Below are positions 1 through 13,179 of a stretch of 64,000 nucleotides of DNA, piece by piece (the stretch's first letter is position 1; the number at the start of each line of letters is the position of its first letter). The position numbers were made by a program, and so were the translations under genes. The stretch is from Eledone cirrhosa. Lineage: Eukaryota. The DNA is taken from NCBI GenBank assembly GCA_964016885.1, contig OZ024757.1:17422001-17486000 (forward strand), written 5' to 3'. A model generated the notes under the pieces. It worked only from the letters and a program-made list of their open reading frames with translations, was not told where the DNA came from and ran no database searches.

Positions 1-127
1 ACCTCTACTATATTAATTGATATCTCCACACTGAGATGACAGAAACTCCCATTGTAATATGTAAATTAGGTTCCAATTACAGATTAAAGCTACTTAACTC
101 TTGTTGTTGTTGTATACACATAGGGCA

Positions 128-343
128 ATGGATTGGCAGAATCGGTAGAGCGTCGGACACCCTGCTTTGCGGCATAGAGTTATGACCCTTTATATTCTGA
201 GTTCAAATCACGCTGAGGTTAGCTTTGCTTTTCATCTTTACAGGGTTGATAAAATAAATTATTAGCAATATACTGGGGTCGATTTAATCTATTTTCCCTT
301 CCCCCAAATTGCTGGCCTTGTGCCTAAAGTAGAAACAGTTATT
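128..343 (+). mobile_element. tRNA-headed SINE family A (Meta-domain-like centre, (ATT)n tail)
   Basis: Head TGGATTGGCAGAATCGGTAGAGC, B-box GAGTTCAAATC, central CTTTGC.TTTCATC.TTAC.GGGT.GATAAAATAAA, 3' GCTGGCCTTGTGCCTAAAGTAGAAACA. About 20 copies or fragments in the window. Confidence 0.85.
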
Positions 344-519
344 ACACACACACATATGTTGATGTTGCTGTTTAATCCCTTTGTTACCATATTTCTAATG
401 AAAGATACTACCTATGATTCTCTAATAATTCTGAAAATAATCAAGAATTTAGGTGGGGGTGTGGATTTAGTCATATAACCGACATTCTTATTATGAAGAT
501 GGTATTTAGAAGATATCTT

Positions 520-1150
520 CAACCCCTTTCTTACCATATCTCAACCGCAAAACACTGCCTATAATTTTCAAACAATTTTTTAAATAATTGAGAATTTTGA
601 AGGATTTAATAATAAAGCTGGCGTTTGGATCATAACTTAACAAAGGTTTTTACATAAAATTATGATGGGAGGTTTTTTAAAAATAAATATAAGCGCTTCA
701 ACCCCTTTCTTATCATAATTCAACTGAAAAACATTGCCTATAATTTTCAAACAATTTTTTAAATAATTGAGAATTTTGAAGGATTTAATAATAAAGCTGG
801 CGTTTGGATCATAACTTAACAAAGGTTTTTACATAAAATTATGATGGGAGGTTTTTTAAAAATAAATATAAGCGCTTCAACCCCTTTCTTATCATAATTC
901 AACTGAAAAACACTGCCTATAATTTTCAAACAATTTTTTAAATAATTGAGAATTTTGAAGGATTTAATAATAAAGCTGGCGTTTGGATCATAACTTAACA
1001 AAGGTTTTTACATAAAATTATGATGGGAGGTTTTTTAAAAATAAATATAAGCGCTTCAACCCCTTTCTTATCACAATTCAACTGAAAAACATTGCCTATA
1101 ATTTTCAAACAATTTTTTAAATAATTGAGAATTTTGAAGGATTTAGTAAT
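520..1150. repeat. 179-bp tandem repeat, ~3.5 copies, derived from a dispersed AT-rich element
   Basis: Near-identical ORFs at 637 and 816 give a 179-bp period. Related diverged segments occur at ~373-520, ~1400-1515 and ~1955-2420. Confidence 0.9.
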
Positions 1151-1169
1151 ACAAATAACTAACTCCTTA

Positions 1170-1397
1170 TTAACCCTTTAGAATTTAAATTCCTCTATAT
1201 TTACTATATTATTTTTGTGGTAAAAGCTTCACCTCATATAATTATCTCACATAATATTGAATTTATGAGATTTTGATATTATTTATTTTGAGAACAATAC
1301 CTTAATGTTGGTATGAGTGGTCGGTTACAGCTGGTTTGAACAGAAAGAGGTGAGAGAATTCTGACCGGATATGGTTGTTTAAATACTAAGGGGTTAA
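1170..1397 (+). mobile_element. piggyBac-type MITE (TTAA-CCCTTTAG...CTAAGGGG-TTAA)
   Basis: TTAA on both sides, CCC/GGG termini, internal sequence shared with other copies. Confidence 0.85.
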
Positions 1398-1516
1398 GCT
1401 GGTGTTTGGATCATAACTTAAAGGTTTTTACATAAAATTATAGTGGGAGGTTTGGTTTGTTTTTCATAAATATAAGTATTTCAACCCTTTTGTTACCATA
1501 TTTCTACTGAAAAACA

Positions 1517-1838
1517 CAGGGGTGTGCAACATATTTCATTGGTGGGCCACTTTTGAACATTGGCACAACTATTAGGTCCAGTCACTGTCAAAAATATGTA
1601 ATCTAATGAAAACCACAATCTAATGAAAACCACAATTTCTTTCCATAACGTGGAACGGGAAAATTATAACACACATAACCCTATCAGTGAAGCCCTTTAG
1701 AATAGGTTAACAAACAGAAAATTATATTATGGTTATGAAAAAAATTCTAAATAAGCCTACAAGGTAAAAATTAAAAATAGTCATCACGGGCCATTCTGAC
1801 AGGGCTGGCGAGCAGGATTGTGGCCTGCGGGCCGCCGG
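1517..1838 (+). mobile_element. hAT (Charlie/Buster-like) non-autonomous relic
   Basis: Starts CAGGGGTGTGCAAC and ends near GGCCTGCGGGCCGCC, both typical Charlie-type terminal motifs. It interrupts another repeat, and the right TIR is not evident. Confidence 0.55.
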
Positions 1839-2629
1839 TCTATGATTTTCATATAATTCTGAAAATAATAAAATATTTGGAGGGATTTAATAACATAACT
1901 TTCTGATTAGTAAGCTGGTGTTTAGAACATCCCTTAATGAAGGTTCTTAAACATTTAAACCTTTTTGTTACCATATTTCTAATGAAAAACACTGTTTCTG
2001 ATCTTCAAATAAATTTGAAAATAATCAAGAATTTGGAAGGATATAACTAATATAACTAATTTTCTCATTATTAAGCTGGTGTTTTGATGGATCGTCAGTA
2101 ATCGGTAGAGCATCGGATAACATGCATTGCACCATAGAGTTACGTCCCTTTACATTCTGAGTTCAAAACCCACCAAGGTTAACTTTACCTTTCATCCTTA
2201 CAGGGTCGATAAATTAAAGTACCAGTAATGTACTGTGGTTGATTTAATCAACTTCCCCCTCCCCTTATTAAGCTGATCTTTGGAACATAACTTAACAAAG
2301 ATTCTTAGATAAAATTATGATAGAAGTTTTTAGATAAACACGTATAAGCATATTAAAACAGTTTGGTGTTTTAGAACGAGGGGAGGTTTCAGGCAGTTTG
2401 GTGTTAGAAGGGATATAACCCTAGGTTAGCACTGGTCCAACAGTTCTATGATAACAGTGGTTCCATCCGCGACCATCCTGACATTTTCCTGATGGTGTAC
2501 AGAGAACTTAGGGCCACATTATCCAATGTGTCCTTATTTACTAAGACAATGGTGTGTGGGTGATTTGAGGGAAATGTAGCTGCTATTTCTAGCATATTGA
2601 GCGACCATGTTGAGGCCAACTTCAAAGAT

Positions 2630-3245
2630 GAAGTGGTGGTAGTGGTGGAGTGTGTGTGTGTGTGTGTGTGTGTGTGTTAGTGTGTGTTAGTGTGCGTGTA
2701 TATATATATGTCCACCACCACATGACTCACTCTATTTTTCTTTCTTGGGTTCTACTGTCAACAAACTTGTCTGTGATGGTGTTGGTGGTGATGGTGATGG
2801 TGATGATGATGATGGGGGTGGTGGTGTTGGTGTTGGTAATGGTGGCGGCGTTGGTGGTGATGATGATGGTGATGGTGGTGATGGTGATGGTGATGGTGAT
2901 GTTGGTGGTGGTGGTGGTGGTGGGTGGTGTTGGTGTTGGTAATGGTGGCGGTGTTGGTGGTGTTAGTAGTGATGATGATGATGGGGATGGGGATGATGAT
3001 GATGATGATGATGATGGTGATGTTGGTGGTGGTGGTGTTATTGTTGGTGGTGGTTGTGGGTGGTGTTGGTGGTGATGGTGGTGATGGTGTTGGTGACGAT
3101 TGTGTTGTTCTTGGTGTCGGTAGTGTTGGTGATTGTGGTGATGATGGTATTTTGATGATAGTGATGATGGTGGTGTTGGTGTTGGTGGTGATGATGATGA
3201 TGGTATTGTTGTTGTTGTTGTTGGTGTTGGTGGTGATGATGATGA
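2630..3245. repeat. (TG)n plus (GGT/GAT)n microsatellite block
   Basis: Direct inspection; the overlapping poly-V/M/G/D/H ORFs are artefacts. Confidence 0.95.
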
Positions 3246-3309
3246 GAGTTAGACACTTTAGTGAAAACATCTGCACACATCTGTGTACGCCTACACCTTC
3301 CTTGGGATA

Positions 3310-4890
3310 CACCTAACACACACCTAACACACACACACACACATACATACACATTTGTATTAGGACACATACACATCTACATGGATGCACACACATCTGT
3401 ATGACATACATGGATGTACACACACATCTGATGAGGACACATACACACATCTGTATTAGCATGCACACACACATCTGTATCAGTACACACACACACATCT
3501 GTATTAGTACACACACACATCTGTATGACATACATGGATGTACACACACATCTGATGAGGACACACACACATCTGTATTAGCACACACACACACACACAT
3601 CTGTATTAGCACACACACACACACACATCTGTATTAGCACACACACACACATCTGTATCAGTACACACACACACATCTGTATTAGTACACACACACACAT
3701 CTGTATTAGCACACACACACACATCTGTATTAGCACGCACACACACATCTGTATCAGTACACACACACACATCTGTATTAGTACACACACACATCTGTAT
3801 TAGCACACACACACACATCTGTATTAGCACGCACACACACACATCTGTATCAGTACACACACACACATCTGTATTAGCACACACACACACACACACATCT
3901 ATATGAAGACACCAATCACACACACATCTTGATGAGAACACACAACACATGCCACACACACACACATACATCTATATGAACACACACATACATCAATATG
4001 AACACACCATACACACACACATACATCTATATGAATACACCATACACACACATACATCTATATGAACACACCATACACACACACATACATCTATATGACC
4101 ATATACACATACATCTATATGGACGGACACACACATTCACACACACACACCACACTACATATCACCATATACACATACATCTATATGGACGGACACACAC
4201 ACACACCACACACACACATACATATCACCATATACACATACATCTATATGGACGGACACACACACTCACACACACACACACACACACCACACACACACAC
4301 ACATACATATCACCATATACACATACATCTATATGGACGGGGACACACACTCACACACACACACCACACACACACACATACATATCACTATATACACATA
4401 CATCTATATGGACGGACACACACATTCACACACACACACACATACATATCACCATATACACATACATCTATATGGACGGACACACACATTCACACACACA
4501 CACCACACATACATATCACCATATACACATACATCTATATGGACGGACACACACACTCACACACACAAACCACACGCACACACACACCATACGCACACAC
4601 ATACATCTATATGAACACACCATATACACACACACACACATCTATATGACCACACCATACACACACATACATCTATATGGACGGACACACACACACATAC
4701 ATCTATATGGACAGACACACACGGACACACACACACACACACACACATTTATATGGACGGACACACACACACATACATCTATATGGACGGACACACACAC
4801 ATCTATATGGACGGACACACACACACACACACATACATCTATATGGACGGACACACTCACACATACACACATACAACACACCACACACAT
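3310..4890. repeat. (CA)n-based compound minisatellites (CATCTGTATTAG(CA)n, then CATCTATATGGACGG(AC)n)
   Basis: Two successive recurring motifs embedded in CA runs. Confidence 0.9.
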
Positions 4891-5385
4891 CTGTAATGTA
4901 CTGGGGTAATTGCTGGTCTTGTGCCAAAAGTAGAAACAATTATTATTATTATTATTAGGGCAGTAGACTGGCAGAATCGGTTGAGCACCGTTCAACATGC
5001 TTTTGGGCCTAGAGTTACGGCCCTTTACTCTCTGAAATGAAATCCCACCGAGGTTAGCTTTGCCTTTCATCCCTACGCTGGTCGATAAAATAAAGCACCA
5101 GTAATACACTGAGGTTGATTTAATCGACTCCCCCCCCCCCCAAATTGCTGGCCTTGTGCTTAAATCAGAAACCATTATTATTATTTAAAACGGTGGATTG
5201 GCAATATCGGTAGAGGGTCGGACGCCATGCTTTCCAGCATAGTTACGTCCCTTTACGATCTGAGTTCAAATCCCGCCGAGGTTGACTTTGCCTTTCATCC
5301 TTACGAGGTCGATAAAATAAAGTACCAGTAATGCACTGGGTAATTGCTGGCCTTGTGCCTAAAGTAGAAACAATTATTATTATTT
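4890..5385 (+). mobile_element. Tandem cluster of SINE family A (3' fragment plus two full copies at ~4959-5186 and ~5191-5385)
   Basis: Each copy begins right after the (ATT)n tail of the previous one. Confidence 0.85.
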
Positions 5386-5472
5386 AAAACTTCATTTTAA
5401 AATGTTTATTATTATATTAATATCAAAATTTCCATACTAATCCTATTTAAGAAATGTTTGTTATTTATGGCT

Positions 5473-5688
5473 TTAACCCTTTAGCATTCACATTACTCTA
5501 TATATACTATTATATTTTCATGGTAAAGGTTTTACCTCGCATAATTATCTCACATAATATCAAATCTATGAGATTTTGAAAGTATTTATTTTGAGAACAA
5601 TACCTTAACATCAGTTTGAGTAACCAGTTACAGCCAGTTTAAACAGAAAAAGGTAGAGTTTTGGTCGGTTTGAACATTAAAGGGTTAA
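5473..5688 (+). mobile_element. piggyBac-type MITE
   Basis: TTAA-CCCTTTAGCATT ... TAAAGGG-TTAA. Confidence 0.85.
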
Positions 5689-6026
5689 ATATCAATTTAG
5701 TAATGGAATCGTTAGTTATCTCATTAAATTATTCAATTTTCATAATTAATTAATACACAGAGAGAGTGTATTTAATTAAAAATATGGTAATGAAAGGATT
5801 ATGTATGTCAACTGAAAAGTTCATAGGCTGACCTTGGAATGACCAAATGAGGTTTATTTTTCAACATTGTCTCTGGAAAGAAACAATGCAGTTATTAATA
5901 AAAAGAGTTGAAATAGGCTGAACAGTTCATAGGCTGACCAAGATACTCATGGAATGACCAAATGAGGTTTATTTTTCAACATAGTTGAATTTCTCAGAGT
6001 CAACTGACATCCACCCTAGCTATGGG

Positions 6027-6756
6027 TTAACCCTTTAGCATTTAAACCGGCCATATCTGGCCTGAATTCTCTCACCTCTTTCTGTTGAAACCGGCTATAA
6101 CTGGCTGCTTATACTTATGTTAAGGTATTTTTCTCAAAATAAATAATATCAAAATCTCATAGATTCGATATAATGTGAGATAATCATATAAGATAAAGCC
6201 TTTACCATAAAAATACAATAGTAAATGTAGAGTAATGTAAATGCTAAAGGGTTAAGGTATTGTTTTCAAAATAAATCATATCAAAATCTTGTAGATTCCA
6301 TATTATGTGAGATAATTATGTAAGGTAAAGCCTTTACCATGAAAATATAATTGTTTCTACATTAGGCACAAGGCCAGCAATTACCCAGTGCATTACTGGT
6401 ACTTTATTTTATCGACCCCCGTAAGGATGAAAGGCAAAGTTAACCTCAGCGGGATTTGAACTCAGAATGGCAAGGGCCGTAACTCTATGCGTCAAAGCAT
6501 GGTGTCCGACCCTCTACCAATACTGCCAATCCACGCGGTGGATTGGCAGTATCGGTAGAGGGTCGGACGCCATGCTTTCCAGCATAGTTACGTCCCTTTA
6601 CGATCTGAGTTCAAATCCCGCCGAGGTTGACTTTGCCTTTCATCCTTACGGGGTCGATAAAATAAAGTACCAGTAATGAACTGGGTAATTGCTGGCCTTG
6701 TGCCTAAAGTAGAAACAAATATTATATTTCGAGTAATGTAAATGCTAAAGGGTTAA
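6027..6756 (-). mobile_element. piggyBac-type MITE (6027-6255) plus a second partial copy starting at the internal TTAA (6252-6756), interrupted by two SINEs
   Basis: Perfect TIRs CCCTTTAGCATTTA/TAAATGCTAAAGGG. The sequence after 6255 resumes at the MITE-internal TTAAGGTATT. Confidence 0.85.
6349..6722. mobile_element. Head-to-head inverted pair of SINE family A
   Basis: Minus copy ~6349-6535 abuts plus copy ~6536-6722 at ...CCAATCCACG|CGGTGGATTGG... Confidence 0.9.
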
Positions 6757-6949
6757 ATAGCCTCACCAACTCGCTATTGGTCAAGCAGGGTGAGTACAGT
6801 TACTCCCCTGAAAACATGACAATAGCCAAATAGAAAGTAGGAGAGGTCAACCAGGGAGGGAGGGGTTCCACCAACAGGAATGAATAGGGATTGGATTGGA
6901 TAGCTAAGGCTTCAAACATTAGTTTACAAATTAAAAGCTTTGTGATAGT

Positions 6950-7750
6950 CGTGTTCATGATGATTGTGATGGTGTTGGTGACAGTGGTGGTGATAGTGGT
7001 GGTTGTGGTGGTGGTGGTGGTGGTGGTGGTGACAGTGGTAATGGTGATGGTGATGGTGGTGGTATTGGTGACAGTGGTAGGTAGTGGTGGTGGTGATGGT
7101 GGTGGTTGTGATGGCGGTGGTGATAGTGGCGGTGGTGATGGTGGTGGTGGTGATGGTGGTGTTGTTGGTGTTGTTGGTGACAGTGGTTGTGGTAGTGGTG
7201 GTTGTGATGGCGGTGGTGTTGATGGTGGTGATAGTGGCGGTGGTGATGGTGGTCGTGGTGGTGATGGTGGTGTTGGTAACAGTGGTAATGGTGATGGTGA
7301 TGGTGGTGGTGACAGTGGTTGTGGTAGTGATGGTGGTGGTGGTGGTGTTGGTGACAGTGGTAGTGATTGTGGTGGTGGTGTTGGTGACAGTGGTAGGTAG
7401 TGGTGATGGTGGTGGCGATGGCGGTGGTGATGGTGGCGGTGGTGATGGTGGTGGTGGTGATGGTGGTGTTGTTGGTGACAGTGGTAATGGTGATGGTGAT
7501 GGTGATGGTGGTGGTGACAGTGGTTGTGGTAGTAGTGATGGCGGTGGTGTTGGTGACAGTGGTAGTGATGGTGGTGGTGGTGGTGTTGGTGACAGTGGTA
7601 GGTAGTGGTGATGGTGGTGGTGATGGTGGTGGTTATGGCGGTGGTGATGGTGGTGGTGATGGCGGTGGTGATGGTGGTGGTGATGGCGGTGGTGGTGGTG
7701 ATAGAGACAGTGACAATAGTGGTGGTGATGGTGGTGAGTGATGAAGATGA
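6950..7750. repeat. (GGT)n-based low-complexity minisatellite
   Basis: Recurrent GTTGGTGACAGTGGT motif within GGT/GAT runs. Confidence 0.9.
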
Positions 7751-7877
7751 TTTAATGACATAAAAATCTGCATTTGCCACATATTAGATGGCATGCCAGG
7801 AGAGGTTAAAATATTTTTAGTTGGAGTGAATGTGGTAGGGGTGGGGGTGATTGGGGCTTCAGGAATTAATGTGATGC

Positions 7878-10800
7878 CAGCTAGTTTAAACTAGTTTCTC
7901 TTGTTTCCCTCACTGGAGAACTACACCAGCTAGTTTAAACTAGTTTCTCTGTTTCAGCTAGTTTAAACTAGTTTCTGTCTCCCTCACTGGAGAACTACAT
8001 CAGCTAGTTTAAACTAGTTTCTCTTGTTTCTCTCACTGGAGAACTAGACCAGCTAGTTTAAACTAGTTTCTCTGCTTCAGCTAGTTTAAACTAGTTTCTG
8101 TTTCCCTCACTGGAGAACTACATCAGCTAGTTTAAACTAGTTTCTCAGTTTCCCCTCACTGGAGAACTACATCAGCTAGTTTAAACTAGTTTCTCAGTTT
8201 CCCCTCACTGGAGAACTACATCAGCTAGTTTAAACTAGTTTCTCAGTTTCCCCTCACTGGAGAACTACATCAGCTAGTTTAAACTAGTTTCTCTGTTTCC
8301 TTCACTGGAGAACTACATCAGCTAGTTTAAACTAGTTTCTGTTTCCCTCACTGGAGAACTACATCAGCTAGTTTAAACTAGTTTCTCTGTTTCCCTCACT
8401 GGAGAACTACATCAGCTAGTTTAAACTAGTTTCTCTGTTTCCCTCACTGGAGAACTACATCGGCTAGTTTAAACTAGTTTCTCTATTTCCCTCAATGGAG
8501 AACTACATCAGCTAGTTTAAACTAGTTTCTCTGTTTCCCTCACTGGAGAACTACATCAGCTAGTTTAAACTAGTTTCTCTGTTTCTCTCACTGGAGAACT
8601 ACATCAGCTAGTTTAAACTAGTTTCTTTGTTTCCCTCACTGGAGAACTACATCAGCTAGTTTAAACTAGTTTCTCTGTTTCCCTCACTGGAGAACTACAT
8701 CAGCTAGTTTAAACTAGTTTCTCTGTTTCCCCTCACTGGAGAACTACATCAGCTAGTTTAAACTAGTTTCTCTGTTTCCTTCACTGGAGAACTACATCAC
8801 CTAGTTTAAACTAGTTTCTCTGTTTCCCTCACTGGAGAACTACATCAGCTAGTTTAAACTAGTTTCTCTGTTTCCCTCACTGGAGAACTACATCAGCTAG
8901 TTTAAACTAGTTTCTCTGTTTCACCTAGTTTAAACTAGTTTCTGTTTCCCTCACTGGAGAACTACATCAGCTAGTTTAAACTAGTTTCTCTGTTTCCCTC
9001 ACTGGAGAACTACATCAGCTAGTTTAAACTAGTTTCTCTGTTTCCCTCACTGGAGAACTACATCAGCTAGTTTAAACTAGTTTCTCTGTTTCCCTCACTG
9101 GAGAACTACATCAGCTAGTTTAAACTAGTTTCTCTGTTTCCCTCACTGGAGAACTACATCAGCTAGTTTAAACTAGTTTCTCTGTTTCCTTCACTGGAGA
9201 ACTACATCAGCTAGTTTAAACTAGTTTCTCTGTTTCCCTCACTGGAGAACTACATCAGCTAGTTTAAACTAGTTTCTGTTTCCCTCACTGGAGAACTACA
9301 TCAGCTAGTTTAAACTAGTTTCTGTTTCCCTCACTGGAGAACTACATCAGCTAGTTTAAACTAGTTTCTCTGTTTCCCTCACTGGAGAACTACATCAGCT
9401 AGTTTAAACTAGTTTCTCTGTTTCCCTCACTGGAGAACTACATCAGCTAGTTTAAACTAGTTTCTGTTTCCCTCACTGGAGAACTACATCAGCTAATTTA
9501 AACTAGTTTCTCTGTTTCCCTCACTGGAGAACTACATCAGCTAGTTTAAACTAGTTTCTCTGTTTCCCCTCACTGGAGAACTACATCAGCTAGTTTAAAC
9601 TAGTTTCTCTGTTTCCCTCACTGGAGAACTACATCAGCTAGTTTAAACTAGTTTCTGTTTCCCTCACTGGAGAACTACATCAGCTAGTTTAAACTAGTTT
9701 CTCTGTTTCCCTCACTGGAGAACTACATCAGCTAGTTTAAACTAGTTTCTCTGTTTCCCCTCACTGGAGAACTACATCAGCTAGTTTAAACTAGTTTCTC
9801 TGTTTCCCCTCACTGGAGAACTACATCAGCTAGTTTAAACTAGCTTCTCTGTTTCCCTTACTGGAGAACTACATCAGCTAGTTTAAACTAGTTTCTCTGT
9901 TTCAGCTAGTTTAAACTAGTTTCTGTTTCCCTCACTGGAGAACTACATCAGCTAGTTTAAACTAGTTTCTCTGTTTCCCCTCACTGGAGAACTACATCAG
10001 CTAGTTTAAACTAGTTTCTCTGTTTCCCTCACTGGAGAACTACATCAGCTAGTTTAAACTAGTTTCTGTTTCCCTCACTGGAGAACTACATCAGCTAGTT
10101 TAAACTAGTTTCTCTGTTTCCCTCACTGGAGAACTACATCAGCTAGTTTAAACTAGTTTCTCTGTTTCCCCTCACTGGAGAACTACATCAGCTAGTTTAA
10201 ACTAGTTTCTCTGTTTCCCCTCACTGGAGAACTACATCAGCTAGTTTAAACTAGCTTCTCTGTTTCCCTTACTGGAGAACTACATCAGCTAGTTTAAACT
10301 AGTTTCTCTGTTTCAGCTAGTTTAAACTAGTTTCTGTTTCCCTCACTGGAGAACTACATCAGCTAGTTTAAACTAGCTTCTCTGTTTCCCTTACTGGAGA
10401 ACTACATCAGCTAGTTTAAACTAGTTTCTCTGTTTCAGCTAGTTTAAACTAGTTTCTGTTTCCCTCACTGGAGAACTACATCAGCTAGTTTAAACTAGTT
10501 TCTCTGTTTCCCCTCACTGGAGAACTACATCAGCTAGTTTAAACTAGTTTCTCTGTTTCCCCTCACTGGAGAACTACATCAGCTAGTTTAAACTAGTTTC
10601 TCTGTTTCCCCTCACTGGAGAACTACATCAGCTAGTTTAAACTAGTTTCTCTGTTTCCCCTCACTGGAGAACTACATCACCTAGTTTAAACTAGTTTCTC
10701 TGTTTCCCCTCACTGGAGAACTACATCAGCTAGTTTAAACTAGTTTCTCTGTTTTCCCTCACTGGAGAACTACATTGGCTAGTTTAAACTAGTTTCTCTG

Positions 10801-11572
10801 TTTTCCCTCACTGGAGAACTACATCAGCTAGTTTAAACTAGTTTCTCTGTTTCCCTCACTGGAGAACTACATCGGCTAGTTTAAACTAGTTTCTCTATTT
10901 CCCTCAATGGAGAACTACATCGGCTAGTTGAAACTAGTTTCTCTGTTTCCCTCACTGGAGAACTACATCACCTAGTTTAAACTAGTTTCTCTGTTTCAGC
11001 TAGTTTAAACTAGTTTCTGTTTCCCTCACTGGAGAACTACATCAGCTAGTTTAAACTAGTTTCTCTGTTTCCCTCACTGGAGAACTACATCAGCTAGTTT
11101 AAACTAGTTTCTCTGTTTCCCTCACTGGAGAACTACATCAGCTAGTTTAAACTAGTTTCTGTTTCCCTCACTGGAGAACTACATCAGCTAGTTTAAACTA
11201 GTTTCTGTTTCCCTCACTGGAGAACTACATCAGCTAGTTTAAACTAGTTTCTCTGTTTCCCTCACTGGAGAACTACATCAGCTAGTTTAAACTAGTTTCT
11301 GTTTCCCTCACTGGAGAACTACATCAGCTAGTTTAAACTAGTTTCTCTGTTTCCCTCACTGGAGAACTACATCAGCTAGTTTAAACTAGTTTCTCTGTTT
11401 CCCTCACTGGAGAACTACATCAGCTAGTTTAAACTAGTTTCTCTGTTTCCCTCACTGGAGAACTACATCAGCTAGTTTAAACTAGTTTCTCTGTTTCCCT
11501 CACTGGAGAACTACATCAGCTAGTTTAAACTAGTTTCTCTGTTTCCTTCAGTGGAGAGCTACACCAGCTATT
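7878..11572. repeat. 48-bp minisatellite, roughly 75-80 units, with palindromic core CTAGTTTAAACTAG
   Basis: Consensus CAGCTAGTTTAAACTAGTTTCTCTGTTTCCCTCACTGGAGAACTACAT; 46-49-bp variants and occasional 27-bp truncated units. Confidence 0.97.
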
Positions 11573-11715
11573 TTAACCCTTTAGCATTTAAACCAGCCGT
11601 ATCCGGCCAGCATTCTCTCCCTTCTTTCTGTTCAAACTGCCAGTGACTGGCTGCTCATACTGATGTTAAGGTATTGTTCTCAAAATAAATAACATCAAAA
11701 TCTCGTAGATTCTGT
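11573..11715 (-). mobile_element. Truncated piggyBac-type MITE abutting the 48-bp array
   Basis: TTAACCCTTTAGCATTTAAACC followed by family internal sequence; no second TIR. Confidence 0.8.
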
Positions 11716-12111
11716 AATAACATGAAAACTATATTGTAGCAACACGAAAACTATATTGTAACAACATGAAAACTATCTTGTAGCAACCTATGAGATGATA
11801 TTTGTCTATGTTACTCCATTCATTTTGGAAATTGAAAACATTTACTGTTTAAAATCTTGTGTCTTGACAAACTTACATATTTTTTTCTACTTATTGTACT
11901 TGTTATCTTAACGTTCTGAGTTCAAATCCCACTGAGGTTAGCTCTGCCTTTCATCTTTACAGGATCGATAAAATAAAGTACCAGTAATGCACTGGGGTCA
12001 ATTTAATTGACTTTCTCCTCCCCAAAATTGTTGGCCTTGTGTCTAAATCAGAAGCCATTATGGTAGGGTGATGGATTGGCAGTATCAGTCAGTAGAGAGT
12101 CAGACAACATG

Positions 12112-12850
12112 ATCATCATCATCGTCATAGTTTTATGTCTATTTTCCACACTAGCATGGGTTGGACGGGAATTGTCCCCACTTGACGCAAGGTTGGTCGG
12201 GTGACCGTGTCTTGCTCATATCAGACTGTATCTGGCAGGTTTTCTACGGCTGGATGCCCTTCCTAACACCAATCACATTTACAGTGTGGACTGGGAGCCT
12301 TTTTACCGTGTCTCCTACACAACCAGTTTACAGTGTGGACTGGGAGCCTTTTTGTCGTGACACCTAGACAACCACTTTAGTCTAGACTGGATGTTCTGTG
12401 GTACCAACATAACTTTACAGAGAAAGGGTGGTGTGGGCGGATGGAGTAGGAGTAGTGGGTTCGGGTGTATATTTGGTTAACAGGTACCTACTGACTGTAG
12501 GTTTAACTTTGTACATAAGAGAAGGCGGTCTTCTGTATTACTGCGTAGCGCCAAAGGTCTCAATCCAGTGACATTGTTTTAGAGAGGTGTAAGTGTACAA
12601 GGTGAGATGTTATCATGTCGTCCCAGGTTTTTCTGGGTCTACCTACTCCGAAACTTCCATTAATTTTGATCGCCCTGCTTTTTTTTATACAGCTGTCATC
12701 TTTCATGCGCATCACATGACCATACCAACGTAATCGCCTCTCAAGTAAACAGCATCTGATCCCTCTTATTCCTAATTTCTCACTTAGTTCGTTTATGTTT
12801 TGCCATTCGTGTATATTAATTACTATTACACATCCAATGGAGCATGCTTT
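12112..12850 (-). mobile_element. RTE-clade LINE 3' fragment (diverged subfamily)
   Basis: Minus strand encodes ...[18 protein letters not shown]...RPRKTWDDM-like sequence, followed by a long 3' UTR and a (GAT)n tail at ~12112. Confidence 0.85.
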
Positions 12851-13114
12851 ATGACATATAGTTACATCCCTTTACATGTGGCATTCAAATCCTGCTATGG
12901 TTAACTGTGTGTCAATAAAATAAAGTACCAGTATTGCACTGAGGTCGATTTAATCGGCTTTCCCCTTTCCCAAAATTGCTGGCCTTGTGCCTAAATCAGA
13001 AACAATTATTGTCGCTGGGAAAACTAGATATTTGCTCTTATTTTCTATACTGGATTTGACAGTTGACAGACCAACATAGATAAGAGAAGCAAAGAATGTT
13101 TTGTATGCAATGCC

Positions 13115-13135
13115 ACACACACACATGCAGAAATA

Positions 13136-13179
<44 letters not shown>

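Noticed and set aside
5805-5985. Duplicated mariner-like terminal fragment (GAAAAGTTCATAGGCTGACC...TTTATTTTTCAACAT)
   Set aside because: The two direct copies are real, but no matching opposite TIR or TSD is visible, so a family call is not supportable.
6800-7780. 326-aa Pro/His/Thr-rich extensin- or mucin-like ORF
   Set aside because: (CAC)n low-complexity DNA open in several frames on both strands.
7878-11572. CRISPR-like array (palindromic repeats at regular spacing)
   Set aside because: The intervening sequence is identical between units, so there are no unique spacers; no cas genes; eukaryotic context.
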